NCBI RefSeq assembly: GCF_007748075.1
Contig: NZ_CP036280.1
Location: 1,980,001-2,012,000 of the forward strand
Origin: Mucisphaera calidilacus
GTDB taxonomy: Bacteria; Planctomycetota; Phycisphaerae; Phycisphaerales; Phycisphaeraceae
DNA: 32,000 nt
Direction of reading: 5' to 3'
Both the position numbers and the translations under genes were made by a program. The first letter of the stretch is position 1. Each line of letters opens with the position of its first letter. Below, in pieces: positions 7,949 to 16,448 of this stretch. The notes below the pieces were generated by a model. That model saw only the letters and a list, made by a program, of their open reading frames with translations. It was not told the DNA's origin and did no database searches.

Positions 7949-9118
7949 TTACCCCAGAATCTGACGCAACGCACTCAGCAGAGCCTCAACGTCTTCCCCC
8001 GTGGAGTCAGGCCCGACACTCACACGCACAGCTCCGTCCGGCATCTGCCCCAACTGCTCGTGTACGCCCGGCGAACAGTGCAACCCCGCACGCACCGCGA
8101 TCCCGAACGAACTGTCGAGAACCCCCGCCAGCGTCGCCGCGTCCATCGCCTCAACCACAAAACTCACCACCCCAACGCACCGCGTATCGTCACGCGGCCC
8201 CAGAACACGCACGCCGGGCATCGCTTTCAGTCCTACACGCAGTTGCTCGCGCAACTCGCGTTCATGCCCCCAGCGCGACGGAACGTCGTTCCGATCCAAT
8301 GCTTGTACAGCCGCACGCAGACCCGCCAGCCCGATGACGTTCGGCGTCCCGGCTTCAAGCCGTTCGGGCAGCGCATCGGGCTGCAACGCGCTGCGCGAGT
8401 CACCGCCGGTTCCCCCCTGCCGGACGGATTGCACCCTGTTTGCCGTCTCCCTGCCCAGACAGAGACACCCCGTGCCGGTCGGCCCGCCCAGCCCCTTGTG
8501 GCCTGAAAAAGCGAGCAGGTCCACGCCCATGGCCGTGAGGTCGATCGGCACGACGCCCGCCGTCTGCGCTGCGTCGACGCAGAGCAGCACCCCTCGCGAT
8601 TGCGTGACCGCCGCGATCGCTTCGACGTCCTGAATCGTCCCGAGCACGTTCGATGCGTGGGTGATCACGACCATCCGCGTATCTTCCGTGATGGCCGCCG
8701 CGACCTCATCGACCGAAACAAACCCCTGATCATCAAACGGCACCCGCGTCAGGCTGATCCGCCCCGCACGCTCCAGCGTCGCCAGCGGCCGGAGCACCGA
8801 GTTGTGCTCCAGCGTCGTGGTCACGACGTACGCACCGTCTGAACCATCGAGCAGGCCGTGAATCGCGAGATTCAAGGCATCGGTGCCGTTGTGCGTCAGG
8901 ATCACCCGGGAAGGATCCCCCACACCCATCAGCTGGCTGATGCCCAGCCGCACATCGCCCACAATGCCTTGTGCCGCCGACGCCAGCCTGTGCCCCGATC
9001 GCCCCGGGTTGCCCGCCTGCTCGCGGGCGCAGCGAGTCATCGCCTCGATCACGGCCTCCGACTTCGGATAGCTCGTGGCCGCGTGATCGAGATAGATCAA
9101 CCGATCCGTCACCGTCAT
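7949..9118 (-). CDS. Class-V aminotransferase-fold cysteine desulfurase family protein
   Basis: LIYLDHAATSYP N-terminus, NPGRSGH, HNSV, the PLP-lysine motif AFSGHKGLGGPTG and a C-terminal active-site Cys loop AVRAGLHCSP. It is short at the N-terminus, like the NifS/SufS-related stand-alone subfamily. Confidence 0.9.
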   Translation of the reverse strand: MTVTDRLIYLDHAATSYPKSEAVIEAMTRCAREQAGNPGRSGHRLASAAQGIVGDVRLGISQLMGVGDPSRVILTHNGTDALNLAIHGLLDGSDGAYVVTTTLEHNSVLRPLATLERAGRISLTRVPFDDQGFVSVDEVAAAITEDTRMVVITHASNVLGTIQDVEAIAAVTQSRGVLLCVDAAQTAGVVPIDLTAMGVDLLAFSGHKGLGGPTGTGCLCLGRETANRVQSVRQGGTGGDSRSALQPDALPERLEAGTPNVIGLAGLRAAVQALDRNDVPSRWGHERELREQLRVGLKAMPGVRVLGPRDDTRCVGVVSFVVEAMDAATLAGVLDSSFGIAVRAGLHCSPGVHEQLGQMPDGAVRVSVGPDSTGEDVEALLSALRQILG

Positions 9119-9122
9119 CCAT

Positions 9123-9632
9123 TCACACCGAAGGCAGGCCCTGCACGCGACGCCAAGCCGACAACTGCCCGAGGTGTGTCGCCTCGTGGACCAGCATCAC
9201 GTAGCCGAGCAGGTCGCCGACCTTGGGGAAACGCCCGGTCCAGCGCTCGATCGGCATGGCACGCTGAATCGCGGCCTCATCAGCGTTCTCAAGGGCACCG
9301 GCCACCGCTTCGTGGCCCTTGACGTAAGCAGCGACCAGAGCCTCGGGCGTCCCGTAGATACCCAGGTCCGACTCGGGCTTCGACTGCATCCCGAACGGGT
9401 GGTCCTTGGGGTCGGCCGGGGTGCCGCCCGTGAGCAGCTGCTCCAGCACGTCGAGGTAGGCCGTCAGGTGCGCCAACACCCACGCCGGGTGGTTCATCCC
9501 GGGGCCGGGCTGGTGCGTCCACTGATCCTCCTTGAGGTCAGCGACCAGCCGCTGAGCGTAGTCACCATTCGCGTTCCATCCGGTCAGAAGGGTCTGTTTG
9601 AACTCAGCGAGCATCGATTCGGTCTCCATCAT
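9123..9632 (-). CDS. DinB-family (four-helix-bundle, His-triad) protein, paralog 1
   Basis: HPAWVLAHL (first His) plus VHEATHLGQLSAWRR (His-x3-His). Length is ~170 aa. Its stop lies 4 nt before the desulfurase ATG. Confidence 0.8.
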   Translation of the reverse strand: MMETESMLAEFKQTLLTGWNANGDYAQRLVADLKEDQWTHQPGPGMNHPAWVLAHLTAYLDVLEQLLTGGTPADPKDHPFGMQSKPESDLGIYGTPEALVAAYVKGHEAVAGALENADEAAIQRAMPIERWTGRFPKVGDLLGYVMLVHEATHLGQLSAWRRVQGLPSV

Positions 9633-9641
9633 CGTTCGGAC

Positions 9642-10121
9642 TCAGAAAAGCGGCTTGTAGCCCGAGGCTCGCCGCCAGGCCGACAACTGCCCGACGTGCA
9701 TCGCCTCATGCACCGTCATCATGAACGACAACATATCGCCGATCGTCGGCAGCGGCTGACGCAGACCCTCCATGGGGTTCTCCGCGTTCAGCGTCTCGTC
9801 GGTCACGGACTCCATCACCACCGTCACCATCGTCGCGATCTTCTCATACGTCGCGACGAGTTCATCCTTCGACGGGTAGGCCGCGAGGTCGTCGGTCGGC
9901 GTGCTCTTCATATCAAAGAGCTTCTCGTACGACGCCGGACAGACGGGCGACTGCCCCAGCAGCTTGAGCATGCCGTCCCCTGCGATGCAGAGGTGGCCGA
10001 TGATCCAGGCGGGCGGGTTCACGCCGCCCGGCATCTCCGCCATCCGCTCCGCCGGCAAGTCGCCGAGAAAAGCCTTGATCATGCTCTGATTCATCCGGTA
10101 CGACGAGAGCAGTTCACGCAT
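9642..10121 (-). CDS. DinB-family protein, paralog 2
   Basis: PPAWIIGHL plus VHEAMHVGQLSAWRR. It aligns with paralog 1 over its full length at roughly one-third identity by eye. There is a 9-nt gap to paralog 1. Confidence 0.8.
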   Translation of the reverse strand: MRELLSSYRMNQSMIKAFLGDLPAERMAEMPGGVNPPAWIIGHLCIAGDGMLKLLGQSPVCPASYEKLFDMKSTPTDDLAAYPSKDELVATYEKIATMVTVVMESVTDETLNAENPMEGLRQPLPTIGDMLSFMMTVHEAMHVGQLSAWRRASGYKPLF

Positions 10122-10142
10122 CGTGTTCTCCGATTGTGGGCG

Positions 10143-11228
10143 TCATCCGCCGAGGTATCGGGCGTACACGGCCCGAGCCACCGACGGCTCCTCGGTCCCC
10201 CTCACCATAGCCCGCCCATCCGAGAAGACGGTTAATTCGTAGGTTTGTTCGCCCTCGACGATCTCCACCCGCACCAGGAAGCGGTTGGCCGTAACCGATC
10301 CGTGACCGCTCAATCGATCCGCAACACCCTCGAGATCGATGACGCCTCGGCTTGCCGACGACAACTGCACGGCGTGACGCCCGCACAGAACCGCGGTCCC
10401 CGTCCGCCCCTGACCCTCGAGATGCCGGAACCGACGCGGCTGCTCGACCTTCTCCGCCATCGCAGACACGTCAACGGAACGCACTCGGTTGGTCATCAGG
10501 TCCACGTGCAGCATCGTGCGCATGACCGCCGACCACTGGCCGGTCAGGATCTTGATGGCCTCCGCCGCCTGATGCCCCGCAACAATACTGATCAGCGGCC
10601 CGAGCACACCCGCCGTGTCACAGGTAGGCGTCGTGCCCGGCGCAGGCACCTCAGGAAAGAGCATTTCAAGATCAGGCCCCGCAGCCCCGGCCCTCTCCCA
10701 CGCCGTGTCGCCAGGTTCGGTAGCCGGCAGCACCGGGTAGACCGCGCCGGTCATCCCGACCGCCCCGCCGTAGACGTAGGGAATGCCATGCTTCACCGCG
10801 ACGTCGTTCAGAAGATAGCGCGTCTCGAAGTTGTCCAATCCGTCCATAATCAGGCTCACACGCTCGCCGCCGACACCCGCCAGAGCTTCCAGGTTCTCGT
10901 GGGTCAGGTCCGCCACGACCGGCTCGATACGCACACCGCTGTTCACGGTTGAGAGCCGCCTGCGGGCCGCCTCCGCCTTGGGAACGCCCTCGGCAGCATC
11001 CGCTTCGGTGTAGAGGGTCTGCCGCTGGAGGTTGGTTGACTCGACCACGTCGCGATCGACGATGCGCAGCACCCCCACGCCTGCGCGAACAAGAGTGTCG
11101 GCGATCACGCACCCGAGCGCCCCGCAGCCCGCGAGCAGCACGCGTGACGCGCCCAGCCGCCGCTGCCCGCTCTCCCCGATGCCCGGCAACAGCATCTGCC
11201 GGTGATAACGCCGCAAATCGTCGCTCAT
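10143..11228 (-). CDS. ThiF/MoeB-family E1-like adenylyltransferase (long form with ~110-aa C-terminal domain)
   Basis: RYHRQMLLPGIGESGQRRL, the Rossmann motif LLAGCGALGC, IVDRDVVESTNLQRQ, DNFETRYLLND and the catalytic-Cys region PTCDTAGVLGP. The C-terminal domain ends in AVLCGRHAVQL...FSDGRAMVRGT...YARYLGG, as in long Firmicute-type ThiF/MoeB. Confidence 0.88.
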   Translation of the reverse strand: MSDDLRRYHRQMLLPGIGESGQRRLGASRVLLAGCGALGCVIADTLVRAGVGVLRIVDRDVVESTNLQRQTLYTEADAAEGVPKAEAARRRLSTVNSGVRIEPVVADLTHENLEALAGVGGERVSLIMDGLDNFETRYLLNDVAVKHGIPYVYGGAVGMTGAVYPVLPATEPGDTAWERAGAAGPDLEMLFPEVPAPGTTPTCDTAGVLGPLISIVAGHQAAEAIKILTGQWSAVMRTMLHVDLMTNRVRSVDVSAMAEKVEQPRRFRHLEGQGRTGTAVLCGRHAVQLSSASRGVIDLEGVADRLSGHGSVTANRFLVRVEIVEGEQTYELTVFSDGRAMVRGTEEPSVARAVYARYLGG

Positions 11229-11246
11229 GGGGGCACTCTAGTGCAC

Positions 11247-11275
11247 AAAAAAAGCCCCGGGCAAGGCCCGAGGCT
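11247..11275 (-). terminator. Rho-independent terminator after rpsG
   Basis: The minus strand reads AGCCTCGGGC-CTT-GCCCGGGGCT followed by TTTTTTT. The stem is 10 bp with one G.U pair. The hairpin begins 23 nt after the rpsG stop. Confidence 0.8.
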
Positions 11276-11298
11276 TCGTGAAATCGATGAGGGTCGAC

Positions 11299-11772
11299 TC
11301 ACCACGCGAAGTGGGAGAAGGCCTTGTTGGCGTCGGCCATGCGGTGCACCTGGTCACGCTTGTTGACCGCCGAGCCTTCGCCGCGCGCCGCGTCAAACAG
11401 CTCGCGTCCGAGTCGGATGTGCATCGGGCTGCCGCTGCCGGAGCGGGCCGCCTCGATCAGCCAGCGGAAGGCCAGGCTCTGCTGACGCTTGCGGTTGACC
11501 TGCATCGGCACCTGGTAGTTGGAGCCGCCGACACGCTTGGAGCGGACCTCGACGTTGGGCTTCACGTTGGTGAGCGCCTTGTGGAAGACCTCGATCGCCG
11601 TCGGCTCGCCCTTGGTGCGCTTCTCGATCTCCTCGAAGGCGCCGTAGACGATGCGCTGGGCGACGGCCTTCTTGCCGTCGAGCATGATGCAGTTGATGAA
11701 ACGCGAGAGAACCTTGTCGCCGAAGCGGGGATCCGGTCGCAGCTGAGTTTCGGAAGCGGTAAATCGGCCCAT
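11299..11772 (-). CDS. rpsG: 30S ribosomal protein S7
   Basis: Full-length match to the S7 pattern ([28 protein letters not shown]....NVKP.VEVRS.RVGG..YQVP). Confidence 0.97.
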   Translation of the reverse strand: MGRFTASETQLRPDPRFGDKVLSRFINCIMLDGKKAVAQRIVYGAFEEIEKRTKGEPTAIEVFHKALTNVKPNVEVRSKRVGGSNYQVPMQVNRKRQQSLAFRWLIEAARSGSGSPMHIRLGRELFDAARGEGSAVNKRDQVHRMADANKAFSHFAW

Positions 11773-11802
11773 GTATTCCTCTGCCTAATCGCTGAGAGTG
11801 GC

Positions 11803-12177
11803 TTACTTGCCGGACTTCTTGACGCCGTACTTCGAACGACCGCGGTTACGACCCTCGACGCCGAGGCAGTCGAGCGCGCCGCGAACGACGTGGTAGCGGA
11901 CACCCGGGAGGTCGCGAACACGACCGCCGCGGACGAGCACGATCGAGTGCTCCTGAAGGTTGTGGCCCTCACCACCGATGTAGGCCGTGATCTCCTTGCC
12001 GTTGGAAAGACGCACGCGGGCGACCTTACGCAGGGCGGAGTTCGGCTTCTTCGGGGTCACCGTCTTCACCTGAAGACAGACGCCACGACGCTGCGGACAC
12101 TGGTCGAGGTCCTTGACCTTCGACTTCATCGACGGCGTGCGGCGGGGCTTGCGAATCAGTTGGTTGATCGTCGGCAT
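11803..12177 (-). CDS. rpsL: 30S ribosomal protein S12
   Basis: [13 protein letters not shown]...[61 protein letters not shown]. Confidence 0.97.
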   Translation of the reverse strand: MPTINQLIRKPRRTPSMKSKVKDLDQCPQRRGVCLQVKTVTPKKPNSALRKVARVRLSNGKEITAYIGGEGHNLQEHSIVLVRGGRVRDLPGVRYHVVRGALDCLGVEGRNRGRSKYGVKKSGK

Positions 12178-12229
12178 AGCTTATCCCAGAGGACAAATCC
12201 CCCACCGAACGCGGTGGAGCGAGCCAAAC

Positions 12230-12257
12230 AGTATAGCATCCGCCCATCTTGTCGCAA
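12230..12257 (-). promoter_or_regulatory. Candidate sigma-70-type promoter for rpsL-rpsG
   Basis: The minus strand reads TTGCGA (12257-12252), a 16-nt spacer, then TATACT (12235-12230). This lies ~50 nt upstream of the rpsL ATG. A 6-bp hairpin ccaccg/cggtgg (12202-12217) sits in the predicted leader. This is a motif-only call. Confidence 0.45.
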
Positions 12258-12264
12258 ACACGGC

Positions 12265-13419
12265 TCACGCATCGGCGGTCTTCGCTTGCCCTTGCTGCTT
12301 TAACGCTTGACAGGCAATGAGTTGCGCCTCAACAGAAGCCGCCGCGACCAACACGCCGTGTGCCTCGATGAGATCACCCCGCTCTTCACACGGCCCCGGT
12401 TCCGTCTCCAGCACCCCGCGGATCGCGCCCGCCCAGTCCTGTGCCGAGGCCCCGAAGGGCAGCACACGCACAGCCGCCCCGGAGTCTGTGACGCGATCGA
12501 TGCCGCCGGCACGGTCCGACACGACCATCGGCCGCCCCAGGCACAACGCCATCGGCACCAGCAACTCGCCCGCCCCGTCATGAGCCGGGTGTACGACCAG
12601 ATCAGCGGCCCGCAGCAGATCAGGCAGACGCTCCGGCGTGCCGACCAGCCGGACCCGCTCGCGAGCGCCCAGACGCGCGATCCGATCATTGAGCCGGTAG
12701 CCCACCCACGTTGCCAGCAGCAGCGTCACGCGATACCCCGATCGAACCAGACCGGCATGCGCCCGCAGCACCGCGTCCACAATATCTTCCGAGGGTCGCA
12801 GCGAAGCGCACACCACCAGCCGGTCGCTCTCCGGGATGTCCAGCCCGTAACGAAGCCGATCAACCCGCACACGCCGCTCTTCCTCGGCCAAAGCCTCGAT
12901 CGTCACCGGTGGCGCAAGCGTGCCCGTCGGCGACGCGGGCCCGGAAGGACAAGCCGCCACCTGACGCCAGAGGTCATCATCGAAAGCCAGCAGGCGCCCG
13001 GTCCGCTGCCGGTCCATCGCCCGTGACTCGATCCGCACCAGCTTGCGCAGCCAGGGCGACAAGGTCGAACGCACCCGCCGCCGACGACGCCCCAGCCCGA
13101 CGGACCAGAGACTCTCCGTGGGCATCATGAGGTCCGCCGAAACCAGCGACGTCAGTGACACCGAAACATCGTGGTCCCCCGACGCTTCCAGTTCCTGCGC
13201 CCACGCCGCAAACCGCACCATCGCACGCCCCTCGGGACGCAGCCGGACGCCCTCTGCCGTCGCCACGCCCTCGCACGCCGGCGCATCGTCCGAAGCGTCC
13301 GCCGCCACGACACGCACCTCGTGCCCCCGTTCACGCAGCACCGCGACCACGTCGCGCAGATCGCCAAGCCGCCAGCGGGCGTGTCCTCCCCACCGACTCG
13401 TGATCCACAACAAACGCAT
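12265..13419 (-). CDS. Glycosyltransferase, GT-B fold (GT4-like, divergent)
   Basis: The start is taken at MRLLWITSRWGGHA (ATG 13419). It has an N-terminal GT4-like Rossmann half and a C-terminal VVHPAHDGAGELLVPMALCLGRPMVVSDRAGGIDRV region aligned to the EX7E block, with the canonical Glu residues partly replaced. Confidence 0.7.
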   Translation of the reverse strand: MRLLWITSRWGGHARWRLGDLRDVVAVLRERGHEVRVVAADASDDAPACEGVATAEGVRLRPEGRAMVRFAAWAQELEASGDHDVSVSLTSLVSADLMMPTESLWSVGLGRRRRRVRSTLSPWLRKLVRIESRAMDRQRTGRLLAFDDDLWRQVAACPSGPASPTGTLAPPVTIEALAEEERRVRVDRLRYGLDIPESDRLVVCASLRPSEDIVDAVLRAHAGLVRSGYRVTLLLATWVGYRLNDRIARLGARERVRLVGTPERLPDLLRAADLVVHPAHDGAGELLVPMALCLGRPMVVSDRAGGIDRVTDSGAAVRVLPFGASAQDWAGAIRGVLETEPGPCEERGDLIEAHGVLVAAASVEAQLIACQALKQQGQAKTADA

Positions 13420-13481
13420 CCGGGGTCCCTCATCAGGCCAAACCAAAGCCTATCACACCGACAATCGCCCGCCGATATGCT

Positions 13482-14270
13482 GTGGCGATGGCCAACATCT
13501 CTGTCCTGATCTGCTGTGCCAACGCTGCCGACACGCTTCGGGATGCCTGCGCTTCGGTCGCATGGGCCGATGAGTTGATTATCGTCGATTCCGGTTCTTC
13601 CGACGACACCGAAGCCATCGCCCGTGAGTTCGCCGACGTCTACGTTCAGGAGCCCTGGCGAGGTTACGGCGAGCAGAAGATCTTCGGAGCCACACTCGCC
13701 CGCAACGACTGGGTCTACATCCTCGATCACGATGAAGAGGTCGATCCCGCACTCGCTCAGGCCATGCTCGATCTCACCGAGCAGGAACTTGCCCGTTACG
13801 ACGTCCTCCACGCACGACGCAAGAACTATATCTACGGCCGACACGCGCGGGGCTGGGACCCCGATTGGCAGACGCGACTGATCCATCGCGAACGCGCCAC
13901 CTGGAACGATGACGTCCTCCATGACACCTGCCTGCCGGCCAGCCCCGAGAGAAAGAGGAAACTGCCCGGCGCGATCCTCCACAAACGCACCAGCAGCGCC
14001 GGCTTCGAGGACTACTTCTCAGGCCGACGGCTCGACGCACGGCTGCTCATGGTCGCCCAACAGATGCACGACCGCGGCAAGCGCTGCTCCACACTCGACC
14101 TCGCGCTGCGACCACCCTTCACGATCTTCAAGCAGCTCATCCTCAAGGGCGCTATCCTCGACGGCGCCTTCGGGATCATGGTCGCCCAAAAAACCGCCGT
14201 CACCACCCAGCTCAAGTACGCCGCGCTCTGGGCCATCCAGAACAAGGTCGCGACGCCGGCTGATCAGTGA
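13482..14270 (+). CDS. Glycosyltransferase family 2 (LPS-core-type, WaaE/KdtX-like)
   Basis: ISVLICCANAADTLRDACASVAWADELIIVDSGSSDDT...ILDHDEEV (DxD-type motif). Start is GTG 13482 or ATG 13488. It diverges from the GT4-like gene. Confidence 0.8.
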   Translation: MAMANISVLICCANAADTLRDACASVAWADELIIVDSGSSDDTEAIAREFADVYVQEPWRGYGEQKIFGATLARNDWVYILDHDEEVDPALAQAMLDLTEQELARYDVLHARRKNYIYGRHARGWDPDWQTRLIHRERATWNDDVLHDTCLPASPERKRKLPGAILHKRTSSAGFEDYFSGRRLDARLLMVAQQMHDRGKRCSTLDLALRPPFTIFKQLILKGAILDGAFGIMVAQKTAVTTQLKYAALWAIQNKVATPADQ

Positions 14271-15427
14271 CTCGCCGCTCGTTCGAGTTCCGGCTCCAGA
14301 CCATCGACGTGCCAACGCATCGAGCAGACCTCCTCGACAGCCATGGCCGCCTCGGCACAGCGTGATCGCTCCGCATCATCGGTCAATTCTTCCATCGCAC
14401 GGGCCAGCGACGCCACATCATCCGCGTCATCAATGACACGGCCGCGCCAGCGATCGTCCGCGACACCCGCAACACCACCCGGTACGACCAGGTCACACGC
14501 GCCGTTGGTCCGCGTGGTAATCACCGGGACCCCCGCCAGCAAGGACTCGGCCACGATCTTGCTCGCCGGATCGTAGTAGCTCGGGAGCACCGTCACGTCC
14601 GCCGCCGCGTACACCGCCCCCATGTCCTTCGAAACACCGGCCCACACGACGCGCGGAGCCTTGCCCCCACGCTCCGCCAGCCTCCTCAGCCCATCGTCCA
14701 CAGCACCGACCATCACCAGACGCACGCGATCCGATTTCAGTCGCGCCAACGCCGCAAGCAACGGCACCACACCCTTACGCCGCGGCGCGTGCGCCGGAAA
14801 GACAAAGGCCACGTCGCCATCGCTTAACCCCCACGCCTCGCGCACACGCAGGCGTGCCCCCGCATCGGCCGTCGGCCGCTCCGCCGAATTGGGGATCAAC
14901 GAAATCCGGTCAGGATCAACCCCCCTGCCGATCATCTGATCGCGCATGAACCGGCTGATCGCCACCCAACGCCTCACGCGATCCGACCCCAGTGTCGCAT
15001 GCTCCCCCGCCAGCATCGCACGTTGCTTGGGGCTCAGCTTCTGTCCCAGCCAGCGCACGAGTCGTCCAGCCGCCGACGCCTGCCAGCGGAGCGACGCCCT
15101 GTGCAACTCGGAGTAGATCCCCGCCCTCGGCTCCACCACCGCCGCCGGCGCAAGCGTCGTCACCGACAGACTCGTATCGAAAGCGCCCGCATCGAGACGC
15201 TGCTCGACAAATAACCTGTATCTCCGCACCGACGACGCCGTCTTGAGCCTTCGATCACTCGCCGCTTCGATCGCCACGCCCTCGATCACCGAGCCCGGCG
15301 CGCAGTACCCCGTCAGCAGCGTCACCTCGTGACCACGCCGCATCAGTTCGCGCACGATCTGCTCGGTCGATCGCTCGGCACCGCCCTTGCCGGCATCGAA
15401 ACTCTCCATCGTCACCGCAATCCGCAC
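14264..15427 (-). CDS. Glycosyltransferase family 4 (WaaG/RfaG-like)
   Basis: GTG start. MRIAVTMESFDAGKGGAERSTEQIVRELMRRGHEV, then VLPSYYDPASKIVAESLLAGVPVITTRTNGACDLV (EX7E-type block). Its stop codon overlaps the convergent GT2 gene by 7 nt. Confidence 0.85.
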   Translation of the reverse strand: MRIAVTMESFDAGKGGAERSTEQIVRELMRRGHEVTLLTGYCAPGSVIEGVAIEAASDRRLKTASSVRRYRLFVEQRLDAGAFDTSLSVTTLAPAAVVEPRAGIYSELHRASLRWQASAAGRLVRWLGQKLSPKQRAMLAGEHATLGSDRVRRWVAISRFMRDQMIGRGVDPDRISLIPNSAERPTADAGARLRVREAWGLSDGDVAFVFPAHAPRRKGVVPLLAALARLKSDRVRLVMVGAVDDGLRRLAERGGKAPRVVWAGVSKDMGAVYAAADVTVLPSYYDPASKIVAESLLAGVPVITTRTNGACDLVVPGGVAGVADDRWRGRVIDDADDVASLARAMEELTDDAERSRCAEAAMAVEEVCSMRWHVDGLEPELERAASH

Positions 15428-15428
15428 G

Positions 15429-16448
15429 TCACTCGCCCCCGTTCGTCAGCAACCGCTCCGCGGCTTCGAACACCACGTCCACCGAGATCGCTCCCATCGT
15501 CCCCCGGTCCTCGGCCAGCACGTGCACGTCCCGATCAAACGGAATCACCGTCCACTCCGGTCCCGTCGGGCCGAAAAGCGTCACGACCGACGTCCCCACC
15601 GCCGCCGCGACGTGCCTGGGCCCCGTGTCGTTGGTCACCAGCAGATCCGCACGCTCCAGCACGGCCTTGAGCAAACGCACCGGCAGCCGCGCCTCCGCAA
15701 GATTCAGCAACCGCGCCCTTGCCGAGGCCTGTACCGCTGTGAGAATCTCACGCTCGGCAGGCGAACCCGAGACCGCCACGGCCACACCCAGCCGCTCGGT
15801 CAGCCGGTCGGCCAGTTCCGCGTAACGCTCGGCTGGCCAACGCTTGATGACCTTGCTCGCCCCCGGATTCAGAACCACCAGCCGCTGCTCCGCGCTCAGA
15901 CCCAACGCGCCCAGCCGTTCCCGCAACTCCGCCCGCTGGGCGTCGCTGACATCGAGCCGCAGAGGCGGCGTACCCGTCTCCTCAAGACCGCCGAGTTCAC
16001 GCACCAGTCGCATGTAGTAATCGACCGCCGGCTCCGGCACCCAACGACCTGCCTCACGCCGGGGCATCACGCGGTCGGTCAACAACCACCCCCGCCCGTC
16101 CCGGCTGTAACCCATCCGCTTCGGTATCCCGGCCAGCGACACTACCGCCGCGGCCCGGAAACTGTTGGGCATCAGCAGCGCCGCATCAAAACGTCCCCGA
16201 CGCAGAAAACAGGCCTCCGACCAGACTCCGCCGAGTGACGAGCCCGCCTTGCGCCAGCCCAGCCAGCGATCAACACCCGCCATCGGCTTGAACAAGCCCC
16301 GCAACGCCCGAGGCACGTACCCCGTGACCGACCACGCCTCCACCGGGAACACGCGTCGAAGACTCGGCAGCGCAGGGGTCACCATGACGCCGTCGCCGAG
16401 CCACGTCGGGAAATAGACCAGCAGCCGCCGACGCCCGCGATCGCTCAT
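15429..16448 (-). CDS. Glycosyltransferase family 9 (ADP-heptose:LPS heptosyltransferase-like)
   Basis: LLVYFPTWLGDGVMVTPAL and LLVTNDTGPRHVAAAVGTSVVTLFGPT are the two hallmark GT9 blocks. Its ATG overlaps the upstream stop (ATGA at 16445-16448). Confidence 0.88.
   Translation of the reverse strand: MSDRGRRRLLVYFPTWLGDGVMVTPALPSLRRVFPVEAWSVTGYVPRALRGLFKPMAGVDRWLGWRKAGSSLGGVWSEACFLRRGRFDAALLMPNSFRAAAVVSLAGIPKRMGYSRDGRGWLLTDRVMPRREAGRWVPEPAVDYYMRLVRELGGLEETGTPPLRLDVSDAQRAELRERLGALGLSAEQRLVVLNPGASKVIKRWPAERYAELADRLTERLGVAVAVSGSPAEREILTAVQASARARLLNLAEARLPVRLLKAVLERADLLVTNDTGPRHVAAAVGTSVVTLFGPTGPEWTVIPFDRDVHVLAEDRGTMGAISVDVVFEAAERLLTNGGE

Noticed and set aside
9123-10121. HEATH and HEAMH look like HExxH zincin metalloprotease motifs.
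   Set aside because: Their context (C-terminal helix followed by GQLSAWRR, an N-terminal PAW..HL histidine and a ~165-aa four-helix size) is the DinB His triad, not a zincin protease.
10143-10420. The ThiF-like protein ends in ...YARYLGG, raising the idea of a fused ubiquitin-like/ThiS sulfur carrier with a Gly-Gly terminus.
   Set aside because: The C-terminal ~110 aa match, as far as I recall, the extra domain of long Firmicute-type ThiF/MoeB proteins, which end in a similar ...Y.R(Y/W)IG. The last segment looks helical rather than like the terminal beta-strand of a beta-grasp fold. The question is worth a structure prediction but is not supportable from sequence alone.
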